Source: Piromyces finnis finn (taxonomy: Eukaryota; Fungi; Neocallimastigomycota). From it: a stretch of DNA of 64,000 nucleotides. Below the pieces are notes generated by a model. It saw only the letters and a program-made list of their open reading frames with translations. It did not search any database and was not told the DNA's origin. Each line of letters opens with the position of its first letter. The first letter of the stretch is position 1. The stretch covers positions 62,001 to 126,000 of the forward strand of contig MCFH01000001.1 in assembly GCA_002104945.1 (NCBI GenBank). Direction: 5' to 3'. A program made the translations under genes and the position numbers. Shown in pieces: positions 1 to 12,447 of this stretch.

Positions 1-42
1 TTTTATATAAAGAAAATTTTATATATTTACCTTATTTTGATT

Positions 43-60
43 CTCCGGTTCGAAGGACCA
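43..60 (-). promoter_or_regulatory. Primer-binding site of a family-B gypsy element, complementary to a tRNA-Tyr-like 3' end
   Basis: The minus strand reads LTR end ...TTATATCA, one spacer base, then TGGTCCTTCGAACCGGAG. Its complement TCCGGTTCGAAGGACCA resembles the eukaryotic tRNA-Tyr 3' end (TCCGGCTCGAAGGACCA). Confidence 0.75.
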
Positions 61-61
61 T

Positions 62-1994
62 TGATATAATTTGATAATAATCTTAATTTTGAATTTTACT
101 TCAAAAAGTGATTATTATATTATATCTTTGAGTATAACTATATAAGTTATATGGATTAGAATTTAAAATTGTTTTTATAAAAATTAATAAAATTGTTTTA
201 TTAAAAACACTGAATTGTTTTATTAGAAACACTCGTTTTTCTAATATTTAATTATTTAAAATTTTATTCATTTAATTATAAAAGTGATTATTAAAATTAT
301 AAAAATATCAATTAAACTATATAATATTTCTTTATTAATAATAATGATGATGATTAAAATAAGAATATTTATATGTATTTATATTTTCTTTTAAATTTAA
401 ACTATTTACATTAAAATAATAAAATTAATAACTATTTACAATAAAAGTAATAAAAGTAATTAAAAATAACAATAAAAGAAACAATTAAAAATTAAAGAAT
501 ATAAAAAGTTATTTATTTTACAATTAATTAAAATAATAATTATTTTTAATATTTTAATAAAAGTGTTTAATTATATTATTTTATAACATGAATTATTATA
601 TTTGTTTACTTTTAAAGTGTAATTTACTAACGAAATTATTAAATATTTAATTTAACAATTAATTTAAAGTTATATATTTTGATCTCGATTAATTAAAGTT
701 CATTGTTTTCTTTCAATAATTAAAATATATGCAGTGTTAAGGATTAATTTTATTTTAGAATTTTGGTATAGTAATTAATTAAACTATAACTTATTTTAAG
801 TTATTTTTAGGGTTAACTTAAAAATCAGGTTTAATAATAATTTTATATTTATTAATTTCATTATTTATCAAATACTATGTAAAAGGTTTATTATATGTTA
901 GCTAATAAGTTATCACTATTCTAGTTAATTAAGTTAGTTATTACCTCTCTATACCAGTTAATAACTAAATAAAGTTTTATAAAAAATAATAAAAGAAATA
1001 AAATAAATATTATAACACTAAAATAAATATAAATAAATATATAAATACTATTAGGAAATAAATTTACTTAATAATTATTGTTAACTATATCTTTTATTTA
1101 TTAATTATAATTATTATACATTATTTATTATTATAGTTACTAATTTACTCTAATACTAACGCTAAAGTATTTAATGTTAGTTTATGCTACACTATTTAAC
1201 TATAGTAGTTTATTTTCTTTACCACTTGATTGGGTAAAGCAAATAAACTTTCTATTTAATTAATAACCATTTGTAAAGATATCAAACGCCTCTGTTTGAT
1301 ATCTTTAATGTAACTTTAGCCACAAGTATTATTGTTTAAGTTACACAATTTATATTACAGAAAAAGAAAATGAGACATAATTTATTTATTAATAATTAAA
1401 GTTTGAAACAAAATAAATTATTAATTTATTTTTAATGTTTTACAAATAAATTAAATTTCTCAATTTAATTTCTTAGTTTTAGTATTGTTTTTGATAGAAA
1501 AAGATGAATAGTATATAAATAATAAATGATTAATATATAAATAATACATGGGCACATATTCAAATTAAATAGTATTTGATTTGAATTGCCTATTTAATTT
1601 TACTAAAATAGTTATAGTTTAAATATTCTATTAATAATTAAGCTTTTAGTGTAGGTTTTAAATAATAATATATTTTAAATAAATAGTTATAATATAATAT
1701 AAATGTATTTAGGAAAAATATAAATAGAAGATATTTTTCATCATTTTATCAATGTAATTGTTATTAATAAAATTTCTTTTATAATAAAAGATATTTTTAA
1801 TAAAACAATTTTTACTTTTATTTTAAATTTAGTGTTATTGTAATAGAATAGATATCCTAATCTATTCTTTTAGTGTCAACATTACACCATTAATATATGG
1901 TTATGCATATATCTGGCCAATAAATGGTGACCAGAATATATGGTTTCAATTGAAATATTTGTGGGCAAACTTATGGCCACAAATATTTCTTACA
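62..1994 (-). mobile_element. 5' LTR of a family-B gypsy element (about 1.3 kb once the nested solo LTR is removed); the element runs off the window start
   Basis: The minus strand starts TGTAAGAAATATTTGTGGCC, the same as the LTR that follows the PPT at 58422. It ends ...TATCA next to a TGG PBS and matches copies at 3544-4760, 9629-10082 and 29594-30326. Confidence 0.85.
1272..1886 (+). mobile_element. Solo LTR of gypsy family A
   Basis: TGTAAAGATATC...CATTACA matches the LTRs at 44770 and 50370. It is flanked by the 5-bp TSD CCATT (1267-1271 / 1887-1891). Confidence 0.95.
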
Positions 1995-2013
1995 TATTAG
2001 AAATAATTAAATT

Positions 2014-2078
2014 GTATTAGTAGTTAGTAGCTAAGACTTTGAGTCTGAATGACACTAGTTCGAGACCTCATAGATACT
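2014..2078 (+). pseudogene. Degenerate tRNA-Gln(TTG)-like sequence
   Basis: Anticodon-arm-like TAAGA-CTTTGAG-TCTGA, B-box-like GTTCGAGACC, and partial acceptor pairing GTATT/GATAC. The T and D arms are poorly formed. Confidence 0.4.
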
Positions 2079-2394
2079 ATTTTAAAAATTATAATTTTAT
2101 TTTTAAATTTTATTTTATATGAAGATTATTGATTGGCTAAGAATTTTAAGTTGAAAAAATTTTATAAATTAATTTAAAAAATATTTAGTATAAATACGAA
2201 TGAATTTTCCCAAATATTTTAAAAAATCGAGATTTTATTAATAAATAATTATATTATTAAACACTAACTTATTAAGTTAAATTCTATGTATTTTTAATAA
2301 TATTTTTATAAATTAATAATTTACAGAATATTTTAAAGTGTTAATATTACTAAGTTATTTAGTAATTATTATAATTTGTTTTTTTATTATTAGA

Positions 2395-3545
2395 CACATT
2401 TCTTTACAATGTCTTGGAACTTTAGCCCTACAGCAAGTTTCGCAAGATTTGACAAATTTCTTAACATCATTATAATATTTAGGCCACCAGAATTTACGAC
2501 TAATTAATTCAATAGTCTTAAACATCAAAGTGACCAGCCGAAATGGAGTTATGATGAATCTTAAGAACAAGAGTTCTTGAGTCAACTGGAACGTAAATAA
2601 GATCGTTATAAAGTAAATATCCATCCCTATCGATCTTATATTTATTGATATTTTTACATGGAGGCGATGATATACATTTATTGTCAAAGTAAGAAAATAC
2701 TTTATCATAAAACACATCATTTTTTAAGGAGTTCAAAATAGAAAGTATTAAAGAATTATCATTTTTATTATAATTATTAATTACATTACAAGAAATTTAT
2801 TACATGAAATATTGGTGAAAACGTGATCACTTCTCCTGGATAATAAATCAGGTTTTCCAGACTTTTTACCAGCTCTATAAATTAACTTGAAATTGAAGCG
2901 AGATAGAAATTCGTACCATCTAATCTGTCATTGAGAAAGCATTTCTGGTTTTCTAGGGAAAGTCAAATTTTTATGGTTAGTATAAATAATAAATTAATGC
3001 CTAGCATCCTCCAAATAGTGTTTCCATTCTTCAATAGCAACTTTAATAGCAAGAAGTTCTTTATCATAGATTTGGTAATTTCTTTGAGACTTTGTTAAAC
3101 TTTAAGAAATGAAAGCAACAGGATGCAATTGTCCATCAAATTCTTACGATAAAATTGCACCGACAGCAAAGTTATTTGCATCAGTCTCAACGATAAAGGG
3201 TTTATTGCTATTTGGATGTTTAAGTATGGGTGCGGAAGTGAACAGCTTTTTAAGAGTATCAAATGCTTTTTGTTGTTCTGATCCACAAACAAATGGGTCA
3301 TTTTTTCTAGTAAGTTTGTGTAAAGGACCAGCTACTTTAGCAAAATTTTTAATTAATATTCTATAATAATTACACAAACCAATGAATGATTGGACTTCTT
3401 TAACAGTAGTGGGAACAGGCCAATCGAGGATAGCACTGACTTTACTACTATCCATCTTTAATCCATCTCTTGATCTCACATAACCAAGGAAAGTTGTCTC
3501 AGAGACATCGAATTCACACTTCTCTAATTTAACAAACAAATTGAC
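2395..3545 (-). pseudogene. Degenerate gypsy pol fragment (RT C-terminus, RNase H, integrase Zn-binding region)
   Basis: ORF pieces KLEKCEF...FLGY, IVETDA(N)NFAVGAILS and HHNSISAGHF / FWWPKYYNDVKKFVKSCETC, with frameshifts between them. Confidence 0.9.
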
Positions 3546-4760
3546 CATATATTAATGGTTATTAATTAAATAGGAAGTTTATTTGCCTTACCCAATCAAG
3601 TGGTAAAGGAAATAAACTAGAATAGTTAAATAGAATAGTGTAAACAAACGTTAAATACTTTAGCGTTAGTATTAAAGTAAATTAATAACTATAATAATAA
3701 TTAATGTATGATAATTATAACTAATAAATAAAAGATATAATTAAAAAGTAATTATTTAAGTAAATTTATTTCATAATAATAATTATTTGTTTATATTTAT
3801 TTTTGTGTAATAATATTTATTTTAGTTCTTTTATTATTTTTTATAAAACTTTATTTAGTTATTAACTCGTATAGAGAGGTAATAACTAACTTAATTAACT
3901 AGAATAGTGATAACTTATTAGCTAACATATAATAAACCTTTTACACGAAATACAATGATAAATAATGAAATTAATATATAAAATTATTATTATACCTGAT
4001 TTTTAAATTAACCCTAAAAATAACTTAAAATAAGTTATAGTTTAATTAATTACTGTACCAAAATTCTAAAATAAAATTAATCCTTAATACTGCATATATT
4101 TTGATTATTGAAAGAAAATAATAAACTTTAATTAATCGAGATCAAAATATATAACTTTAAATTAATTGTTAAATTAAATATTTAATAATTTCGTTAGTAA
4201 ATTACACTTTAAAAGTAAACAAATATAATAATTCATGTTATAAAATAATATAATTAAACACTTTTATTAAAATATTAAAAATAATTATTATTTTAATTAA
4301 TTGTAAAATAAACAACTTTTTATATTCTTTAACTTTTAATTATTTCCTTTATTGTTATTTTTAATTACTTATATTACTTTTATTGTAAATAGTTATTATT
4401 TTATTGTTTTAATGTAAATAGTTTAAATTTAAAAGAAAATATAAATACATATAAATATTCTTATTTTAATCATTATTATTATTATTGATAAAGAAATATT
4501 ATATAGCTTAGTTAATATTTTTGTAATTTTAATAATCAATTTTATAGTTAAATAAATAAAATCTTAAATATTTAAATATTAGAAAAATGAGTGTTTCTAA
4601 TAAAACAGTTTAGTGTTATAATAAAACAATTTTATTAATTTTTATAAAAACAATTTTAAATTCTAATCCATATAACTTATATAGTTATAATCAAAGATAT
4701 AACATAATAATCACTTTTTGAAGTAAAATTCAAAATTAAGATTATTATCAAATTATATCA
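3544..4760 (+). mobile_element. Family-B LTR copy, 5'-truncated
   Basis: Reverse complement of 62-1270 plus the short segment just past the solo-LTR insertion site; ends ...TTATATCA; no PBS follows. Confidence 0.85.
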
Positions 4761-7700
4761 ACAAATTTGGTGAAAAAGAATAAAACCTTTATACGTTATA
4801 ATATCCTCCTTCTAGTGTCGGATTCCAGATATCATTGAATATGGTTTGTCTTCTGTGTTTTCCCATGAACGATCTTCGGCAGAATATCCTTTCCAGTCGA
4901 CAAGATACTGAAGTATTCCATTGTTAATTCTTGAATCCAATGTTCCGTTTACTTCATACTCTAGCTCATCATTTACTAATATGGGGAGCAGCTTCTGGAT
5001 GTCCCGGTTTTCGAATGAGTTCTCATTATAGGGCTCGAGATTGGATATATGAAAAATGGGGTGTCTTCGGTATTGTTTGGATAGTTTTAACTTGAAATTT
5101 TGATTTTCCAAACATTCAATAATTTCATATGGTCCCGATTTCCTGGGATCTAATTTCTTCAAATTTGTTTTTCCTTTGGGATAGAACAATCATTCTTTGT
5201 CACCTACATTTAAACTGGGAGGCTCTTGCCTTTTCCTATCAGCATATTCTTTGAATCTTTCTTGAGCTTCTTTCATATTATCCTTTAGTTTATCAAGTGT
5301 TGTACCAATGTCACATATAACTTTCTCCGCTTCTGAAACTAAAGAAGTTATTGGAAGGTCAATCAAAAATTCTGAATCATACTTTAAATTAGCCTTGAAA
5401 GGTGACATTTTAATGGATTCCTGAATAGCATTGTTAGGCAAATTCTGCGAGTGAAATATACGAACTCCAGTCAGAATGTTTACTGTTAGTGAAACACCTG
5501 AGATACTGTTCAATTATACTATTAAGCCTTTCTGTTTGTCCATCAGTCTGTTGGTGATGGACAGTTGAAAGTTTGGATTCACAGTGTAGTAGCTTACAAA
5601 AATGTTGGAAGAATTTGGAATTGAATTGTCTAACGCGATCTGATATAATTTCCTTTGGAATACCATGTAGTCTGAATACATTATCCAAGATAAGTTGTGC
5701 AGTTTCTTCAGCTGAGGGAAGCTTTCTAAGTGGAATGAAGTGACCCATCTTCGATAATCTATCAACCACTGTTAGGATAGCAGAATAATTGTTCGATTTT
5801 GGTAGATCTGTAATGAAATCAAGAGATATTGAAGACTATTGTTTTTCAGATATTGAAAGTGGTTGAAGAAATCCATATGGTTTATGATTATTGTTTTGTT
5901 TCTATTACATGTGTCACATGAATTTACAAATCTACGTACATGCCCCCTCAGATTCTTCCACCAAAATTTCTACTAATAAGTTCGAGAGTTTTCCTAATAC
6001 CAAAATGGCCGGAAGAAGGGGAATTATGATGGGATTGAAGAATTTCAACACGAAGGACTTCGGGAATGTAAATCCTAAAGTTGTAAAGAAGAATGCTATC
6101 CTTTAATGAAAAAGGGAAATATGGAATATTAAGTCTTCTGGAGTTGTTGATAGAATTAAAGTAAGGATCTGAAGATAGGACTGAACGAATCTTTTCTAAT
6201 AGGGAGCTATCACTTAGAGTTATAACGGAGGAAATGCTAGTGAAATTAGAAGTGAACCTGAATTAGAAACTTTATGTTCATAATCAGGTCTACGAGATAA
6301 GCAATCAGCTCTATTCTTCGAACCAGGTTTGTATTTAATCACAAAATCAAAACGGGAGAAGAAGATACTCCAGCGGATGTGACGTTTGGAAAGATGATCT
6401 GGTTTACGCTCAAAAAGAAGATTACGATGATCGGAGAAGACAGTGATTTGGTGATTAGCACCTTCAAGATGGTGCCTCCAGGTCTGAAAGGCTTCTTTGA
6501 TAGCAAGGAGTTCCTTGTCGTAAATAGGGTAATTACATTCGGCGTTGGTTAAAGCTCTCGAGAAGAAAGAAATAGGGTGAAGAGAACCATCAAATTCCTG
6601 AAGAAGGACACTACCGATAGCGAAGTTACTGGAGTCGGATTCAATAATGAAAGGTTTGTTCGGATCGGCATGGCGAAGGAGACTGGCGGAAAGAAAAGCA
6701 TTTTTTAAATTATTGAAAGCTGAGACGGCAGAAGAGTCCATAATAAAAGGAACATTTTTCTTTAATAATCGAGTCAAGGGCGCAGCGATTTTTGAAAAAT
6801 TTTTTATAAAGCGCCTGTAGTAATTACAGAGACCCATGAATTGTTGGATATGTTTGGTATTTTGGGGAAGAGGCCAATTAAGAATGGCGTCTACTTTATT
6901 CTTTTCCATTGATATACCAGAACCAGAAAGATGGTGACTAACAAAATCAATTTCAGGGACATCCAATTCGCATTTTTCGAGTTTAACATAGAGGTTATTC
7001 TTGAGAAGACGTTCGAGAATTAAGCGAACATGTTTATGATGTTCTTCTAAAGTATTAGAAAAAATGAGAATATCATCAATGTAAGTGAAGGCAAAGTCGT
7101 CGAGGAAATCACTTAAAATATCGTTGATAAAATGCTGGAAGGTAGCTGGGGCATTTTAAGACCGAACGGCATGACTAAATACTCAAAATGACTAAATCTA
7201 GTGTTGAAAGCCGTTTTATATTCATCACCTTCCTTAATTCGAGCAAGGTTGTATGCGGAACGAAGGTCGAGCTTAGTGAAGAATTTAGCTCCACTGACTT
7301 TTTCAAAAAGATCATTGATTAGCGGAAGGGGATAGGAGTTCCTAATAGTGATATCGTTGAGTTTTCTGTAGTCAATGCACATCCGAAGCGAATTATCCTT
7401 TTTCGAACGAATAAGACAGGGGCGCCGGCTGGGGAGATAGACTTCCGAATAAAGTTCTTTTCTAAGTTTTCTTTAATATAATCCTTAAGCGTCTTTGTTT
7501 CCTCCACAGTGAGAGAATAAATTGGACCGTAAAGGAGAGAAGAGTCAGGTTATAAATCGATTTTACAGTCATAAGGCCTATGCGGAGGAAGTTCGTTTGC
7601 TGCTTTTTCAGAAAAGACGTCCTTAAAGTCAATGTAAAAATCCGGAATAGAGGGTGTTTTCGAAGGTGAATCTCTAGAGAGACAAGTGATATAAATTGCA

Positions 7701-8200
7701 AATTTTTGAGAGTATGACGTTGGAGAACGGTGAGAAGTGCTAAAATCAGGTTTACTTACCGGAGAGGAAGCAGGGATGAATGAATCAATAGAAGGTGAAG
7801 AGGGAGTCGAAGAGATTGAGTGAAGATGAATATCCAAATTATTTGTTGAAACACGAGTCATTACACGGAGGGTTTTCGCAATTAGGTTTAAAATATGCTT
7901 TATTAGTTTCAAATTTAGATACATCTTTTTTAAAATAAAATTTTTTACAATCAAAATCTACGACTGCCCTATTTGAATTGAACCAAGGGGTACCAATAAT
8001 TGGAGGTAGAGAATAATCATCTGTGATAATGAATTGAATAGAAAATGATTCATCTTTAATATATAATCCTAAGAGGTTTAGGCATTCCCAAAATATTAGA
8101 AGTTTTCCCATCACAATCAATGGTTCCAGATATTTTTGAATCCGATACTGGAATACTATATTTCTCAATAAAAAATTTGGAGATAGTTTTTTCAATAGCA
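4761..8200 (-). mobile_element. Degenerate chromovirus-type gypsy 'G': protease remnant, RT, RNase H, integrase, chromodomain, PPT and LTR stub
   Basis: RT motifs CIDYRKLN and KLDLRSAYN (7113-7382), RNase H (6220-6966), integrase core (5434-5769), and chromodomain YEV...YLVDWKGY...SWE (4812-5189). PPT-like AGAAGGAGGA near 4803-4813. Many frameshifts. Confidence 0.9.
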
Positions 8201-8249
8201 CCTTCCAATAAATATATATTAAAATGATTAATATTAATTTATATAATTA

Positions 8250-8770
8250 TGTAACGAGTTTCTATATAAAGAATTTATTAATGTAGGAATTAATAATATT
8301 TATATAGAAAAATAAATTTTGTATTCCCTATAAGTCAATAAATTTATTTATTTAAAATAATTTTTTATTATTATTAAGTTTTTTAAAAATAAAGATTTAA
8401 ATTTAAAAGTTAATAAAAACACAACTATTTAATTTTTGATTCACATCACTTCTATTTATACTTTTTCTAAATCTGATGTGGCTAAATTAAAAATTAAATT
8501 TTCTTTCTAAATTATTCTTTAAATTAATTAAAAATTACATAAAATGAATCTCGTGATAAAAATACATAAAATATTTAATTTTTCGAATATTCGAACTTAT
8601 TCTTTTTCGAATAAGTTCTATAAGTTTCTATGAGTTATAAATTAAATTAGTTAAATAAATAATTTAAAATAAATTTTGGATCAAGGTGTGAGTCGAACCC
8701 GAGTGATCCAGATTAATGTCTTAAATACTAACCATTAAGACAATATTAATTTTCTAATAGATTCGTTACA
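8250..8770 (-). mobile_element. Solo LTR of gypsy family C (521 bp)
   Basis: Near-identical to 22065-22585; TGTAACG...CGTTACA termini; TSD AATTA (8245-8249 / 8771-8775). Confidence 0.95.
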
Positions 8771-9628
8771 AATTAAATAGCACCTTCCAATAAATATATA
8801 TTAAAATGATTAATATTAATTTATATAATTAAAGTCATTATTCAAGTCATCCAACTTTCTATAAATAATTCAATTTAAAAATTCTCCATAATTATTAAAT
8901 AAGGTTAGATAATAAATATTCTTGATTACAAACCTAATCAATTATAAAAATTAATTAATAATTTTTCAAATAATTTTGATTAATAACCTCAATCATAATC
9001 AAACCAAAAAAGCCTTTGGATCAAAAATCATTAGTTATAATTATTAATTAATTAATCATGAGAATATATAATTAGTATCAGTAATTGTTATTCTCAATTT
9101 ATAATATTAAATATTTACAATTTAAAATGGTTAAAACAATACTTTTATTTTAAAAATAATTTAAAAGATTAATCTTAAGATCTATCATATGAATTCATAT
9201 TATTAATATCAATATCAATTATTAATATTTTAATTTAAAATTATTTTATTTTTATCCTTATTATTAATATCAATATTAATATCAATGTAATTTTATTATA
9301 TGTATAAAAAATATTTAACAAAGAATTGAAATCAATTTTGAAATTCTTTGTAAGATTATTAATTATTAATTATTAACTATAATATAACTTAATAAATATT
9401 ATCTTAATAAATAAATAATTAATAAACAAATTTCATAATTAAATTATATTAAAATTTTTATTTTAAATATAAAAACCTATTTAATTTTAAATTAGTATTA
9501 ATTAAATTCTTTAATAAGTTCTGAAGAAAAGATTTAATAATAAATAAGTTTAATATTTTATTAGTAAATTAAGTTATATTATATAAAACATTCTGACCAA
9601 GTTACATATCAATCCTATCCCACTTTAC

Positions 9629-10082
9629 AAACCATATATTCTGGTCACCATTTATTGGCCAGATAGGTATGTATGACCATATATTAATGATTATTATTTA
9701 AATAGGAAGTTTATTTGCTTTACCCAATCAAGTGGTAAAGAAAATAAACTAATATAGTTAAATAGTATAGCTAAAACTAACGTTAAATACTTTAGCGTTA
9801 GTATTAAAGTAAATTAATAACTATAATAATAATTAATGTATTATAATTATAATAAATAAATAAATAAAAGATATAATTAACGAATAATTATTTAAGTAAA
9901 TTTATTTCATAATAATATTTATATATACTTATATTTATTTTGTGTTATAATATTTATTTTCTTTTTTTTATTATTTTTTATAAAACTTTATTTAGTTATT
10001 AACTCGTATAGAGAGGTAATAACTAACTTAATTGACTAATTAATAACTTATTAACTAATAATATAAAAACCTTTTACAACGA
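9629..10082 (+). repeat. Family-B LTR fragment
   Basis: AAACCATATATTCTGGTCACCATTTATTGGCCAGAT...TACCCAATCAAGTGGTAAAG, shared with 58422 onward and 3544 onward. Confidence 0.8.
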
Positions 10083-10087
10083 TACTT

Positions 10088-10468
10088 TTGTATTTCATAA
10101 AACTATTCTAAACTATTTATACTAATTGTAATTTTACATTTTTAATACATGATTATATTCATAATATATTTTATAATACTAAACTATTCTAAACTATTTA
10201 TACTAATTGTAATTTTACATTTAATAATAAAATAACTTTTAATACATGATTATATTCATAATATATTTTATAATACTATTGTATTTCATAAAACTATTCT
10301 AAACTATTTATACTAATTGTAATTTTACATTTTTAATACATGATTATATTCATAATATATTTTATAATACTAAACTATTCTAAACTATTTATACTAATTG
10401 TAATTTTACATTTAATAATAAAATAACTTTTAATACATGATTATATTCATAATATATTTTATAATACT
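10088..10468. repeat. Tandem array of about 90-100-bp AT-rich units in an (AB)2 higher-order pattern (about 191-bp period)
   Basis: Repeated AAACTATTCTAAACTATTTATACTAATTGTAATTTTACATTT. A further unit sits at about 10660-10745 and a reverse copy at about 41340-41450. Confidence 0.85.
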
Positions 10469-10890
10469 AAAGTTAAACTTAAGACTTAATCTTAATTATT
10501 AAGTTTAAGTATTGTTAATAATATTTATAATATTAATTATTATCTAATTTCAATATAATTCATTGAATATAATATTAATAATTATAATCTTTCAATTCAA
10601 AGATTATAAGTTATATTATTAAAATAAGATAATAATCTTTACAAAGATTTAATTTCACAAAACTATTCTAAACTATTTATACTGATTGTAATTTTACATT
10701 TAATAATAAAATAACTTTTAATACATAATTATTTTCATAATATATTTGTAACGGTATTCAGTATCGTTATGTCACAATAACATATATAAAGATTTAAAAA
10801 ATTTGGACACATGGAAAAAATTAAAAATTTTTTTTTAAAATTTGAAATTTTTTAATAAAAATTTAAAAAATAAATTTTTTCAAATTTTCA

Positions 10891-11311
10891 AAGTATAAAA
10901 TTTCTAATTTTTGAAATTATTAAATTTATTTTTTAAATTGTTAAAATTTTATTATTAAAAATTTTATTTTAAATTTATTAACTATTTACAATAATTATAT
11001 TAATTATTAATTTATAAAAATTAAATATTTTATAATTAGATAATAATTAATTAAAATTAAAAAATGTAATAGTTAAAATTGTTCATGTATAAAAAGAACA
11101 AAAATTGACAAAAATTACGAAGCTTTAGCGTTAGTAATTTTATTAACTTTAATATTTTTAATAACTTAATATATGCTGATATTAAGTTATTACTAAAATA
11201 AAAATATTATTTAAATTTCTTTATATAAATATTATTATCTAACCCTTTACGCCTTCAATAGGAAAACGTATTATATTTGTTAATTAATATAACTAGTGTG
11301 TTTACCACACT
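10891..11311 (+). repeat. Left arm of a long inverted repeat (possibly part of a 10747-11309 TG...CA LTR-like unit)
   Basis: Reverse complement of 11952-12447, e.g. CTTTACGCCTTCAATAGGAAAACGTATTATATTTG versus CAAATATAATACGCTTTCCTATTGAAGGCGTAAAG. Confidence 0.85.
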
Positions 11312-11421
11312 TTTCTTTAATAAAAAAACGCTTTTTGACATTACTAACACTTATTAAAAAAGTGCGCTGAACACCAATTAGTTAGTAATTATTAATAACT
11401 AAATATAATAATTAAAATTTA

Positions 11422-11949
11422 ATGGAAAAATCTCCACTTACATCTATTAAAATGGATACAAAAGTATTTTTTAACCGCCTACAAACTACCAAGAGAGAAC
11501 GTTCCCCAGGAAATACTCCCGTAAGAAAATCAAAGATGCCTAATCATTCTGGACAAGCTAATGCTTCTACGAGTAATTCTACTCAGAAGCCAACTACTAA
11601 TGAGGATCTCAAGGCCCTTATTGAGTCTTTAACTGGGAATATCAATCAGTTAAAGGTTGATATTCAAGCTACCAGAAGGGAAAACGAAAGTCTCAATGAT
11701 CGTTTGAATGTTTTGGAAAACTCTACTCAAGTTATTATGGGTAAGATGGCTACCTTAGAAGTCAACGATGCTAGGAAAGACAATCAACTCGCTGATATCA
11801 AAGCTCATATCAGCAAAGCTACTCAAAGAGTTGATGAGTTGTCCACTCCCGTTACTCCTTCTACTACTACCCCTCACGAATCTGACGGTGACGTCATCAT
11901 GGGAGATGCTTCGCCTCCTAACGTCGCACTAGTATTAATGACAATATAA
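11422..11949 (+). CDS. 175-aa orphan coiled-coil protein, probably the N-terminal part of a retroelement Gag/ORF1
   Basis: GC-richer ATG-initiated ORF within AT-rich DNA. Basic N-terminus (KRERSPG), heptad-like central helix, and a DVIMGD segment. No capsid or RRM motif is seen. Confidence 0.55.
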   Translation: MEKSPLTSIKMDTKVFFNRLQTTKRERSPGNTPVRKSKMPNHSGQANASTSNSTQKPTTNEDLKALIESLTGNINQLKVDIQATRRENESLNDRLNVLENSTQVIMGKMATLEVNDARKDNQLADIKAHISKATQRVDELSTPVTPSTTTPHESDGDVIMGDASPPNVALVLMTI

Positions 11950-11951
11950 CT

Positions 11952-12447
11952 AGTGTGGTAAGCACATTAGTTATATTAATTACCAAATATAATACGCTTT
12001 CCTATTGAAGGCGTAAAGCTAATAATATTTATATAAAGAAAATTAAATAATTTTTAATAACTTAATATAGAAAATTAAATAATTTTTTTATTTTAGTAAT
12101 AACTTAATATCAGCATATATTAAGTTATTAAAAATATTAAAATTTTTAAAATTTTTGGTTTTATAGGAGTTTATAAATTATATTAACTCTAAGTTAGAAA
12201 ATTACTAATGCTAAAGCTTCGTAATTTGTGTCAATTTTTGTTCTTTTTATACATGAACAATTTTAATTATTACATTTTTTAATTTTAATTAATTATTATC
12301 TAATTATAAAATATTTAATTTTTATAAATTTATAATTAATATTATTGTAAATAGTTAATAAATTTAAAATAAATTTTTTTATAATAAATTTTTTAATAGT
12401 TTAAAGAATAAATTTAATAATTTCAAAGATTAGAAAATTTTATACTT
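11952..12447 (-). repeat. Right arm of the long inverted repeat
   Basis: Matches 10891-11311 in reverse, apart from two internal insertions. Confidence 0.85.

Noticed and set aside
4768-4782. TGGTGAAAAAG near the end of a family-B LTR copy
   Set aside because: It lies 7 nt from the LTR end, differs from the family's real PBS at 43-60, and belongs to the LTR stub of element G.
8900-9040. Possible fourth ENE/pseudoknot copy (CCAAA/TTTGG flanked by A runs; AGGTT/AACCT with TTGATT/AATCAA)
   Set aside because: The stems are short, the loops are irregular, one pseudoknot loop has zero length, and there is no clear homology. It could arise by chance in AT-rich DNA.
10088-10468. Tandem arrays here and at 27150 and 29092 as CRISPR-like arrays
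   Set aside because: The units abut without unique spacers, there are no cas genes, and the context is eukaryotic retrotransposon DNA.
10891-12447. Calling the inverted-repeat cassette a DIRS element
   Set aside because: No RT or tyrosine recombinase, and no internal complementary region matching the outer ends. It is kept only as an unresolved finding.
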